Assembly (NCBI GenBank): GCA_964016885.1
Contig: OZ024740.1
Coordinates: 289,974,001-290,038,000 of the forward strand
Source: Eledone cirrhosa
Lineage: Eukaryota
Length of the DNA: 64,000 bases
Direction: 5' to 3'
Positions within the stretch are counted from its first letter, which is position 1. Every line of letters starts with the position of its first letter. Positions 14,754 to 26,303 of this stretch are shown here, in pieces. The notes beneath the pieces were generated by a model, which saw only the letters and a program-made list of their open reading frames with translations, did not search any database and had not been told where the DNA came from. The position numbers were made by a program, and so were the translations under genes.

Positions 14754-15466
14754 AACCAAATAAATATATATATATTTTTTTAAAATAGACTCCAGTTGCA
14801 TTTTCGATTTCATCTCTTTTTCTTTATACTTTCACTCGTGTAGGACACCTCGGTTATTTTTCATTTTGTAAAAAAAACCTCACTTTCTAATATATATATA
14901 TATATATATAACTAGAAATTGATTAACATATAAATAAACATATGAAACAATCACAGGGGATAATTTTTACAAGTGTGCAAGCACACATAGCTAGGTAGGT
15001 AACTAAATAAAGTTAACTAGAACTTCAAAAATAGATACCTTATAATATGATTAATCTTCCCTGTATATATTCCATTAAAGAAATATATTTCACCAATTAA
15101 TCCAATGGTAAACCACGGAGGCCGATTGTTGAACGTATATACTTACATTCATTTTGACCATATTTAACAAAATTAAACAAAAATTCATCCCTTTCTCCTC
15201 CAAAGCCTACCGATCATGTATGGCAGATAAAAATCCTGCCTTGCACCCGGTTTTCTCAAACAATCATCGTGCCTCCCTGTGCTCTCTACATTCCCGAGGT
15301 TCAACTTAATTGGCATGCCGCATCCACGCCCTGTCAGCCGCCATGCACCCTGCCTTTTCGTCATGTCTCATCATGTTGCATCCCTGCCTTGTCAGCCGCC
15401 ATCCACTCCCCGAACCTTTCCACTACCTAGGCATGGCAGTCTTGAGGGACCAAGTCGCATCCCTCC

Positions 15467-16321
15467 CATACCCTTTTCAAAGACCTCCTTGTATAGATAA
15501 GAAATGTATAATCTGTAAATTAAGCCCCCATATTAACTGTAAAACTAGAAATGTAGTATATAGCATAAGATGTACTGAAGGACAATGTAGAGATAAGAAT
15601 ATAGTGTACATAGGTGAGACAGGTCCTAGTATAGGGGAACGAATAAATGAACACTGGCGAGACCTTCAAGATAGTAAAGAATCATCTGTACTCTACCAAC
15701 ATGCTAAAATAGAACATAAGGATAAATTAGAGAACATAGAAATAAAAATAGAAAAGACGCAATGTTGAGACAAATCACAGAGGCAATAAACATAAATGAA
15801 CTCCAACCAAAATTAAATAGAAAACATGAATGGAACAGCAACATCACAACTTACAATTAAGGACAAAATGAAAACACACACACGCATAGAACAAACAACC
15901 AACCAGTAACATGTAAATAAACAAATAAATAAACAAATATAAACACACACAGACACCCGGATGTAACACATGCGCAAACTAAGCACACAACACACACAAA
16001 AAGAAGATGACGTAGGACAGAACAAAGGAGAGACACAAAAACAAAGAAAAGAATCCCCAGTCACTGAAGAGGTCACAGAATGTGTGACGAAAGAACTTTG
16101 ACAATATATAAACAATCATCTGGTTGTGGAACCAACCAACCAACCAACCAATCGGAAATTTATAAATTCCTAAATTTATAAATTTTTTTATAATAAATTG
16201 AAGTGAAAGCAACTGGTGCGTGTGTTTCTTATTGGCAACTTGACCCTCCCAAAGTATAACAATATCGGTTTCAACACACGTTTTCAGATAAAGAATCTTG
16301 CTAAACAAATTCTCAGAAACG

Positions 16322-16322
<1 letters not shown>
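15467..16322 (+). mobile_element. 5'-truncated Penelope-like element: GIY-YIG endonuclease remnant plus pseudo-LTR
   Basis: CIICK...CKTRNVVYSIRC...YIGETGPSIGERINEH...SVLYQHAKIEH; the following about 490 bp recurs at 45.1, 50.5, 60.7 and 62.5 kb; ends in (TA)n. Confidence 0.9.
16060..16102 (+). ncRNA. Minimal type I hammerhead ribozyme in Penelope pLTR
   Basis: GTCA-CTGAAGA-G-GTCACA/GAATG/TGTGAC-GAAA-GAAC-TT-TGAC. Confidence 0.82.
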
Positions 16323-16417
<95 letters not shown>

Positions 16418-16607
16418 AAAAATATATATAGGGATATAAGTATTGATATTTATTAAAAAACTTTTTCTCTATTTGCTAAACCTTGATTCTATAGGTATAT
16501 ATATATATTTATTGATATTTCTATTAAATTGCGTAAACTCTCTTGCATTCTCTTCTGATCACATGCTCTTTCTCACGCTCTTCTCCTCTCCCAACAGTCC
16601 GACCAAG

Positions 16608-16676
<69 letters not shown>

Positions 16677-16829
16677 TGCTCTCTCTTTCTCTCTAATTTT
16701 CCTCTTGATTCTCATCAATTCTACTTTGAACTGACTGATAGTTCAACCGGAAATAATGTCTTGCAATATACAGGTGTTAGCAGCAGAGAAAATACCGATA
16801 ACACATTATTATTGTATAATATTATTATG

Positions 16830-17040
16830 GTAGAATTGGTTGAAGCAACGGAGACGGGTTAAAGAGATCGCAGCATTTAGTCACGTTCTTAGTGCAAATC
16901 CTGTTGGGGGTTAACTTTGCCTCTTAATTTTTTCATGTTTAGATGAAATAAGTATCAGTCAAATATAGAGATCGATAAAATCGGTTATACCTTCCGCCCA
17001 CCAAAATATGTGGCCTTGTGCCAATGCGAGAAATCTTTGT
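16830..17040 (+). mobile_element. Old diverged SINE copy
   Basis: GTGCAAATCC...GTTAACTTTGCC...GGCCTTGTGCC motifs. Confidence 0.7.
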
Positions 17041-17743
17041 TTATGTAATATTTGAAACAATGTAATAACAATATTACTTAAACATCATTCGTTCTCAATT
17101 ATCAGTTTCAGATATGTGTAGTAGTAACTGGCATAGCAGAGAGGAAGTCTCTACTAAGTAATGAGGCAAATTTTCAAGCCAATGAGAGGATCTACACGTA
17201 TTTTCTTGACATGGTAAGAACATAAAAAATCACACCCTACCATTTTAAGAAAAGGGAAGGACATACAGGATTGGTCTTTATAGTCATTGATATATGAAAA
17301 GAGACGACTTAGTAGTGGTGGGTGGCAATATTTTTCCATAGGTTGTCTGAGATACCCATGATGTCTGAGAAGAAGCTAAATAAGATCAATATCAACATAG
17401 TCATGACCACAAACTCGCACATACGTATTTCTTTCCTTTCTTCTGCCCCCCCCCTCTCTCTCTCTCAATATATATATATATATATTGATATGTTGATTTA
17501 AAACTGAACTATCCACAAGTGTTTTTTAATCTTCATATCATGTCTTCCTGTTTTATCTGATGAAAACACAAATATTATTGCATGATGATATTTGTTTTTG
17601 AAATGCGCATAATAAAATACATGGAACTCTTTTAACCATCTTTTGTTCTTATATATTATGTATACTCCAGTCCTACAAACTGTAGAGTGCTTCTTATCCG
17701 ATATCTGCATTGCTTTATTGTACTACAATAAAACTCACCTCCT

Positions 17744-17844
<101 letters not shown>

Positions 17845-17863
17845 GGAGGTGAGTTTTATTGTA

Positions 17864-17920
<57 letters not shown>

Positions 17921-17924
<4 letters not shown>

Positions 17925-18112
17925 AAAAGGTTTAACCCCGACGGCAGAGCTCAAGCCATTTCGACATCTTGACTAGTCCAGAAATAGCCGTCGAAACGGC
18001 TTGAGCTCTGCCGTTGGGGTTAAACTTTTTCCTATTACCCACTCTACTACCCTACGTATTGAGTACTCTGGTGCGTTATGGTCCATCTGGTTCCTTACCA
18101 CACCTCCTTCGT
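17921..18112. mobile_element. Small fold-back element in (TA)n; family also at 13260-13322, 18457-18563, 19640-19790
   Basis: Shared core GTCGAAACGGCTTGAGCTC(A/T)GCCGTCGGGG; inverted arms 17921-17965 and 17990-18035. Confidence 0.75.
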
Positions 18113-18154
<42 letters not shown>

Positions 18155-18286
18155 AAAGGTAAAGGGAAATAACACAATCGGTACAGTATATGGAAGGGAT
18201 ATATTAGGTTAACGCTTGAAATAGCAAGAAGAGGGTCTTAACGTTTCGGATGCTAGTCCTTCATATATATATATATATATATATAA

Positions 18287-18419
18287 CCTCATGGAAAGAC
18301 CAAATGAGGTTTATTTTTCAACACCGCCTCTGGAAAGAAACAAGGCAGTTATTAATAAAAAGAGTTAAAATTAATGCATGCAATATTTCACAGCTCTAAC
18401 ATCACTCCTTCATAGTCAT

Positions 18420-18423
<4 letters not shown>
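18287..18423. mobile_element. Partial mariner-type MITE
   Basis: Internal sequence matches 22006-22203 and 38392-38622. Confidence 0.75.
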
Positions 18424-18459
<36 letters not shown>

Positions 18460-19154
18460 AACGAGTAGGACCCCGACGGCTGAGCTCAAGCCGTTTCGAC
18501 GGCTAATTCTGGACTACTTTGGTGCGTTATTGTCCACCTGGTTCCTTACCACATTTCCTTCGTTATATATATATATATATATATATATATTTAAAAGAAT
18601 AGAGGTGTAACACACGAGTTGTGATATATTGGTACCAGGAAAAGAAAATGCTGACAAATTGTTCCCAGTGAAAAATAGTTTAATTAGGAATAAGTAACAA
18701 TTAGTAATAGTATTGGTTAGTATTCAGTTTTGGTTTTAAGTTTTTTCCGGTTGCGCATTTCTAATGCTTTTCAAAAATAATTCTGAGATAGAGCGCCCGT
18801 GATGTTTGCTCTAATCTGATTAGTTTTGGAAATTCTACCTTTTTTATGTGAAAAAAAGTGACTCCAGATGTATTAAAATAAGTTTCGCGCCAATTCGTGT
18901 TGCAAAAATTCTTGTGGTCAAAACAATTTTGATTGGTCGGTAGAGGTCATGTGAATGTTAAAAATTGATTTTGCGCCAAATGTAGGTTTGTCTCGGTTGA
19001 TTGAGAAGTCACTGAAAAATAAGTCTTTCAAGACAAATATGTGTGTGTGTGTGTAGTAGTAGTAAAGAGGTTCATTGTTGTGATAATGGTCAGTAGGGAT
19101 GTGTGTGTGAATTGCAGTTTGTTGACAGGTCAACAGTTCAGATGCCTATTAAGA

Positions 19155-19221
<67 letters not shown>

Positions 19222-19513
19222 CAGAGTAATTCGTAGTAGAGGGATCGGCCAGTAGGAATGTGTCTGTACGTGTGTGGGGGATATTTTAACATGTTAAAAG
19301 ATATTTTTCAGCTCTTGTCTTATACGGAGAAGTGTGTGTGTGTGTATATATGTCTCTTTGTATGTTAGTGTACGTGTGTGTATATATGTGTATGTGTGTG
19401 TATGTGTGTATGTGTGTGTGTGTGTGTGTGGGTGGACCAGTATTTTTGTGATACTGGTAAAAATGGTTTACAATATTCGATATTTTCCGTAAAAACGATA
19501 TTTTCTCTAAAAA

Positions 19514-19615
<102 letters not shown>

Positions 19616-19786
19616 CAAAATGCATGCTGCAAAAACCTGTTAGACTATTACTCACCAGAGTACTCGATACTTGGGGTAATATGAAAGATTCGGGACCCGA
19701 CAGCTGAGCTCTTGCCATTTCAACAGCTAGTTCGGAACTAGCTGTTGAAACGGCAAGAGCTCAGCCGTCGAGGTCCTGACTCTTTC

Positions 19787-19819
<33 letters not shown>

Positions 19820-20123
19820 TAAGACAAAAACTCTCTTGCGGAGTGTGGTGGTTCAAAGAGCAGAAAACAAGGGAGAAAATTCAAATAAAATCAAATTAAT
19901 TCAAGTTTTGGCAAACAAGAACAATGCAGTAAGGAGAAGGTGTTGCATTTTAAATAACTGATTATCTCTCTCTCTTGTTGTTTCTAGACTTTTAACACCC
20001 CCAAAAGACGTGCTTGTCGATATTTTATGCGTGAGATTCGGTTGCTCTTTCTTCTTTTCACTCTATCTCTCACACTTACCCTCTAATATATAAACACACA
20101 CACACATACACACGCATATTTAT

Positions 20124-20300
20124 ACGAGGATCTGCTGAAAAGTTTATAGGCTGACTATGAAGGAGTGATGCTAGAGCTGTGAAATCGTGCATGCATTAAT
20201 TTCAACTCTTCTTATTAATAACTGTCTTGTTTCTTTCCAGAGACTGTGTTGAAAAATAAAATTCATTTGGTCATTGCATGAGGGTATCTTGCTCAGCCTA
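20124..20300. mobile_element. Mariner-type MITE, one TIR truncated
   Basis: TA-CGAGGATCTGCTGAAAAGTT start; reverse orientation of 38392-38622. Confidence 0.8.
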
Positions 20301-20374
20301 TATAATGTATGTGTGTATGTATGTATGTATGTATGTATGTATGTATGTATGTATGTATGTATGTATGTATGTAT

Positions 20375-20712
20375 GTGCGGTGAAGCTTTTATAGTGAGCA
20401 AAGGCACTGCACAAGGCCAGTCCCACTCTCTTAACCAAGATGATATTTACCAAAAAGAAGAACAAGTCAACATCATTGAACAAGTCAAGGCATTGCTTTA
20501 TATCTGGAGATCTCTCTGCACTTGTCGTCACATGGTACCATGGGCACAGCACTATGTATCAATAATTGTCACAAGTGTAGTGTTTGTACCAGATTTTTCA
20601 AGTCGCTGGCTGGACTAAAATGTCACACTCGTTCAGCGCATCGGTAGGGGTTCTCCTACATGGATATAAAGTAGTGGCCGTACTCGAAAACGAGTTGGCA
20701 GCCACCATGTAT
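20375..20712 (+). mobile_element. 5'-inverted, truncated copy of an (ATGT)n-tailed retroposon (RTE-related SINE?)
   Basis: 20375-20479 is the reverse complement of 33645-33748; 20488-20712 matches 33749-33975. Confidence 0.75.
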
Positions 20713-20764
20713 GTATGTATGTATGTATGTATGTATGTATGTATGTATGTATGTATGTATGTAT

Positions 20765-21603
20765 GTTATGTCGGGTCACTCTTGAGTGCTACTGGTAACA
20801 TGTAACCCAGTACAATCTGTCGGCTGGTCGGGTCGTCGTCGACTAAACCGGCAATCCCACCAAGTTTACTTGGTGAGGAGGGTGATTTTAGACACCCTGC
20901 AGGACAAAAAACAAAACCTGACAAAGGGCAGAAGAACTCATAAGAGTCAACGGCCATCCCAAAGTGTGTAAATATGTATATACACATGTACATATGTATG
21001 TATATGTGTATATGCATGGGTGCATGTGTATGTATATGCGCGGCGACATAGAAATTCTCGGGCTGGACACCCGATCACGCGGTTAAACCACTGGGAGTGA
21101 AGGACCCCTAGCCTTTGTCAGGGCATTATTCTAAGAGAAGGCAACTCAAGAAACTGGGATAACTCCGATATAAAACTTGCGGCTCAGTAGTTACCGATGA
21201 TGTTGATCTTTTCTTCTTTTCGGGTTATAGCTACTGTCGCTCAGAGAGTGGGATTGGCTCAGTGCACAGTTTTTCCTCACTTTAAAAAATATCTTCACGC
21301 ACAGTTATTGCACGATAGAATTAATTAATTGTTTCTACTTTAGGCACAAGGCCAGCAATTACCCAGTGCATTACTGGTACTTTATTTTATCGACCCCGTA
21401 AGGATGAAAGGCAAAGTCAACCTTGGCGGGATTTGAACTCAGATCATAAAGGGACGTAACTATGCTGGAAAGCATGGCGTCCGATCCTCTACCGATACTG
21501 CCAATCTACCGCCGATAGAATTAATTAATAATTATTAATAATGGTATATCGTGCAATGGCCATACTCGATAATGAAGGGGGCAGCCATCATGTATGTATG
21601 TAT
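20765..21603 (+). mobile_element. (ATGT)n-tailed retroposon interrupted by a TG tract and a SINE
   Basis: Homologous to 33365-33985; ends GGCAGCCATCATGTATG; CTAAGAGAAGGCAACTC resembles RTE 5' UTR motifs. Confidence 0.65.
21329..21512 (-). mobile_element. SINE with target-site duplication
   Basis: CGATAGAATTAATTAAT on both flanks. Confidence 0.9.
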
Positions 21604-22005
21604 GCGAAAACTAAACGGAAAACAATACAGCGATACAGTACAATGAAGATATATGTAACTCTAAATTTAGTAGGAAAAGAGTCTTAACGTTTTGGACGCT
21701 AGTCCTTCATCGTGAAGATCGAATGAGAAATAAAAAAAGAAATAGAAAGACAGAGGAGGGTGAGAAGAGGAAAAAAACGGAAAAAAATATTTTGGGTGAG
21801 AAAATCACGTATCTGTTCAGTCCACCATTATATACAGAAAGAAATAGGAAAAGTGAGATAGAAGAATAATGACAGCTAAGCGAAATCCAAGCTTCTAAGG
21901 CAGTTATTTCGTTATCGGTTTTACAGTAGAGCCTATTATCAAGATCTGAAGGACCGTGGAAGACAGACTACAATAGACAGGCATAGTCTATCAATGTTTG
22001 TCGTA

Positions 22006-22203
22006 TGAGGGTCGGTCGAAAGGTTCATAGGCTGACCAAGATACTCTCATGGAATGACCAAATGAGGTTTATTTTTCGACAGAGTTCTTGGAAAGAAACT
22101 ATGCAGTTATTAATAAGAAGAGTTGAAATTAATGCATGAAAGATTTCAAAGCTCTAGCATCACTCGCTCATTGCCAGCCTACGAGCTTTTCAGCCGACCT
22201 TCG
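22006..22203. mobile_element. Mariner-type MITE
   Basis: TIRs TGAGGGTCGGTCGAAAGG / TTTTCAGCCGACCTTCG with TA on both sides. Confidence 0.85.
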
Positions 22204-22325
22204 TATACCATGTAACGCTTACAAATACACTCTGTCACAAATCCACGTATGGAATAAAAATTACAAATACGCCTGCCTGCACGCTTGGTTAACCTGTGCA
22301 TGCTATGTGCATTCGACATAGACTA

Positions 22326-22493
22326 CCGTATTTCCAGGCGTCGAAGACGCTACTTTTTTCCGAAAATAAGTTTCAAAAATCTACCATGCGTCCTCGAGGC
22401 CGAAGGTTGTTTATAATTCTTTTTCAAATTTTTGGTTGTCAAAATTAGGGTGCGTCCTCGAGAACGAAATGTATTTGGCCCCGGGAAATACGG
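22326..22493. mobile_element. Tc1/mariner-superfamily MITE
   Basis: TIRs CCGTATTTCC / GGAAATACGG, TA TSD, internal GCGTCCTCGAG repeats. Confidence 0.85.
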
Positions 22494-23761
22494 TAAGTGA
22501 TAGCTTAGTTCAGACCTGCCTGAGTTCTCTTTCTATTCTCCCTGGTAGATTTCCATTTTTTTCTGTAAGCCTTATCACTTCATCATAACCTTGAGAAAAT
22601 GAGTTTGTAACGTTGCTCTAAACCTGTGTTGGATAGGGAGGGTACTCTTTGATTTGACGATGCAGTTTCTGACGAATCTTGGTGTGGATGGTTGCAAAGA
22701 TGAGCCGGACTTGTTTCTTTTTCTGCTGTTTATCCTCGGAATAACGACAGATAATGCTGTGACAGCAGTGGCAGCAGTGATCGGCTTCCTCCTCGCTGTT
22801 TTCGATTCAGAGGTTTGTCCTTGCTTTTAATTTCTACACATGTTGCAACTGATCCTTATACTCTGCATTGACCATCTGATAGATGATATTTCCGCTCCAG
22901 CAATTGGGAATACACCTGGGATTATATTGTAGTTTCTGGTAGAAATTATCTAAATAATAGAGAAATTATCTAAATATAAAGATCTGGAAATAGAAATACT
23001 AGAATATGAGTACTGAAAACTGAAATAGAATCCCTATAATAATACGTGACTTGCAAAAGATTGAAAAAACATGGAGGCATTTTATTTCATCTGCCTGACA
23101 CTCACCTTGTGGATTGTCTCTCTGTTGACCACTGGCCGTTGGTCTCTGCCCTCTGAGGCATTTTTGCCCATCACCGTCTTTGACAGCATTTAGCTGTTTT
23201 AACGGCCATTCTAGCAATGATTTTCTCATTTTTATATGTATTCAAATCTATTTGTTTTTGTATGGACTCATAACTCCTGATGGATCGTAAGGGCACCGTC
23301 ATAAACCAGGCGGAGCCCATCTTCTCTCTATTCTGAACATAGTGGATTTCATCCAGAGGAGGAGAGAAACAGAGTGAACAGGGGAAGTAAGAAAGAGATA
23401 TAAAGAAAGAATCGACTCAGTACTAAAGTGGTATTTTTTTTATTGACCTCGAAATGATCGCAAAGAGCCAGAAAGAATACCTTAAAGCATTATGTCCGAC
23501 ACTCTATGGACTTTGCCAATTCGCCTCCTATGTAAAGAAATACATAAGCAGCATCCAGGATTTATAAATATGTAAAGCATGCAGAAAGTAGTACTGCTAG
23601 CCACTATATAGACACTACGTAAAATATGGTAATGCAACAGATTATATAAACTAAAACAAACCCTAGCATACATAAACTAAAACAAACCATCACCAAGTGT
23701 ACAAAATGGTGATTGGTAGTGAAGTGAAGGTACATAACAAAAATAAGACTCCTGAAAAAAT

Positions 23762-23890
23762 ATAATTGTTTCCACTTTTGGCACAAGACCAGCAATTAAC
23801 CAGTCAGTGCATTACTGGTACTTTATTTTATCGATCCCGTAAGGATGAAAGGCAAAATTAACCCCGGCGGGATTTGAACTTGGAACGTAA
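23762..23890 (-). mobile_element. Partial SINE
   Basis: Tail and core through B-box match the family. Confidence 0.85.
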
Positions 23891-24166
23891 AGGACCATAA
23901 AAAATATAATTAAAAGATATAATAATAACTAGTGAAGCCTATGGATATTTCAAGTTTTATAAATATTCTTATGTTTAGTTTTATGATTATGAGATAAACA
24001 ACAGATTGAGAGTAAGGAAAAATTTGAATTTAGACAAACAACAGTGTTAACAACAATATTATAAACATTATGTATGACTCCGCAGATATAAACTTAACCC
24101 TATGTAGCTTCCAGCCTACCTATATCCTTATAAACCTACAGACATACCCATATATTTATATGCCTT

Positions 24167-25438
24167 TCTCGAGTGCCTTCAGGCGTTCACAGCTCTCTAC
24201 CAAGCGGAAACGGCAATCAGCGGAGACTCCGCTTCGGCATTCTATAGGGGATTAGTGGAGGATAAGTGCGACAACGTTATCGGGGAAACTCTAGGCATTG
24301 AGGAGGACGAACTGACCAGTATGTTCGGGAGGACTTTCCGTCCAGGGCCTATGGATAACTTCCAGAGCTCTCTGACTTGGCAGTGCTACCGAGGAGCTCT
24401 ACCAGTTCGAGACAAAATCTACCGGCACGGACGCCCTGGCAGTGATCCTGCCAAAAGGACCTGTTCAAGATCCGAGTAGGACATCGAAACCGTTCTGCAC
24501 GCAATTGTTCAGTGCCCAAGAGTGACCGACCTGTGGAATTATGTCGAACAGCTACTGTCACGTGTGGGACGCATCCAGTTGTCAGCCGAGTTCATCGTGA
24601 GGATCACCCCGTCGCCTTCATTTAAGAATGAAGGCGAGGAGGTTTTCCTCTGCCTGGTGGCTATGGAGATAGAGGTAATATTGATGATGAGGTTAAAGCA
24701 CTGAGGGAAAATACCTTTCTCTCCGGACAACAACTCATCCCCTTCTTTAAGTACCCATTCAGAAGGAAGGTGAGAGTGGATAGAGGGGTGCTACACCCCA
24801 GTAAATTCGCTGAAAGGTGGGTGAATGTGGCGAAAATGCCCCGAGTAAATGGGCCTTCTCTGTATATAAACCTGTAGGTTGAAGAAGATAAACAGAGGGA
24901 AGACAGGAACACCTACAAAACGTGTTCCTGATGTTGAGGGTTGTTCTATCTACGGAGAGTAAAACAACCCCACAGTAACGTTCCCCACTATTGGGGATTT
25001 CGATTGTTTTATTTTGTACTAACATCGGTACCCGGCGTTGCAAGAGATAAGGTATTTTGGAACGCGGGCCGCCAACAGACCTAATCGTGGAAAAACTGCA
25101 TGCCTGGACAATAGGAAAAGAAAGTAAATCGAATACTCTGATGGCTGGATAATCTTTAAGATTTTCCTCGATGAAGCAGGCAAAATGCAGGTTTTCACCT
25201 AAAGAAAATAAATTATTTTTATGTGCATAATATGCCTTGAAATTTCGGGAAAATCGGCTAGACGTAACGCCTCCAAAAAGCCCTGAAAAGCTGAAAAAAT
25301 TAAGTTTTTCACCTAATGCTGGCCCTAGGAGATCAAAAAGTTGAATTTATATGCATAACACTCCCTGAAACATAAGTAATACACATGTAAAGTTTTTAAA
25401 AAATCGGTTGGGTACTTCTGGAGTGTTAGGGATTCAAA

Positions 25439-25482
<44 letters not shown>

Positions 25483-25888
25483 TCCTCAGGGAAGTGACGT
25501 AATGCAGACAGTCATACATACAGACAGATATTATGAGGGCGCGATGTTATATGTATGTATCTATCTAAAAAGAGAAAGACTAAGAATTATAGAGAGAGAT
25601 CGCTAAATCGCGTAATGCGATCCCTAGGGCCTTGAAAATTTTAAATCATTTTGCTCAGAACACTCCCTGAAACATAAGTATTACACGTGTAAAGTTTGAA
25701 AACAGTCGGTTGGGTGGTTCTCGAGTTTTAGGGATTCAAACTCACACACACAGACAGGCATCCTCATTTTTCTATATATAGATATAGTTTATTGTTATCC
25801 ATTATTATTGTTAAAGATTTTTTATGTAAAAGCCCCGCCGTCACGTCTTGTAATGTCCCATTTTTCGACGCCCCTGAGGCAAATAAAG
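24167..25888 (+). mobile_element. 5'-truncated Tx1-clade LINE (ORF2 C-terminus plus 3' UTR), interrupted by a Helitron
   Basis: MFGRTFRPGPMDNFQSSLTWQCYRGALPVR homologous to 28972-29592; ends GGCAAATAAAG then (ATCT)n. Confidence 0.88.
25019..25782 (-). mobile_element. Non-autonomous Helitron
   Basis: Minus strand starts A|TCTATATATAG and ends GCAACGCCGGGTAC..TTAG|T (degenerate hairpin plus CTAG-like end); removal restores the LINE 3' UTR with no TSD. Confidence 0.7.
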
Positions 25889-25889
25889 A

Positions 25890-25921
<32 letters not shown>

Positions 25922-25936
25922 AATCTATCTATTTAT

Positions 25937-26270
25937 CTAGAGAGGTGCTGTACCCCAGCAAGTTTTATGAAAGGTGGGTGAAAGTGGCGAGAATGGCCCA
26001 AGTGAATGGGCCTTCTCTCTATATCAGCCAGTAGGCTGAGGAAAAGTGGAAGAGAGGAAAGGGGTACAAACTCTTCGTACTCCTGGAGATGAGGGTTGCA
26101 CATTTTTTCGGGGGTATGTGTTACCTATATGAAATGTCTCCCCCTATTTGGGAAAATCGATTAACTTTTAAATTGCATTTGTGATAATATTTTACACGTT
26201 TTTATTGTATGTAAACTTCCCCCTTTGTATTTGTCCCCTTCTTTTGTGCCCCTGTGGCTAAGAAAGAAAC
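25937..26270 (+). mobile_element. Short 3' fragment of Tx1-clade LINE between (ATCT)n tracts
   Basis: REVLYPSKFYERWVKVARMAQVNGPSLYI matches the ORF2 end at 29.5 kb, followed by 3' UTR. Confidence 0.9.
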
Positions 26271-26303
26271 ATATCTATCTATCTATCTATCTATCCTCCA
26301 CCT

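Noticed and set aside
15813-16308. Hydrophobic/Cys-rich minus-strand ORFs repeated at 45, 50.6 and 61 kb
   Set aside because: Antisense translations of the A/C-rich Penelope pLTR
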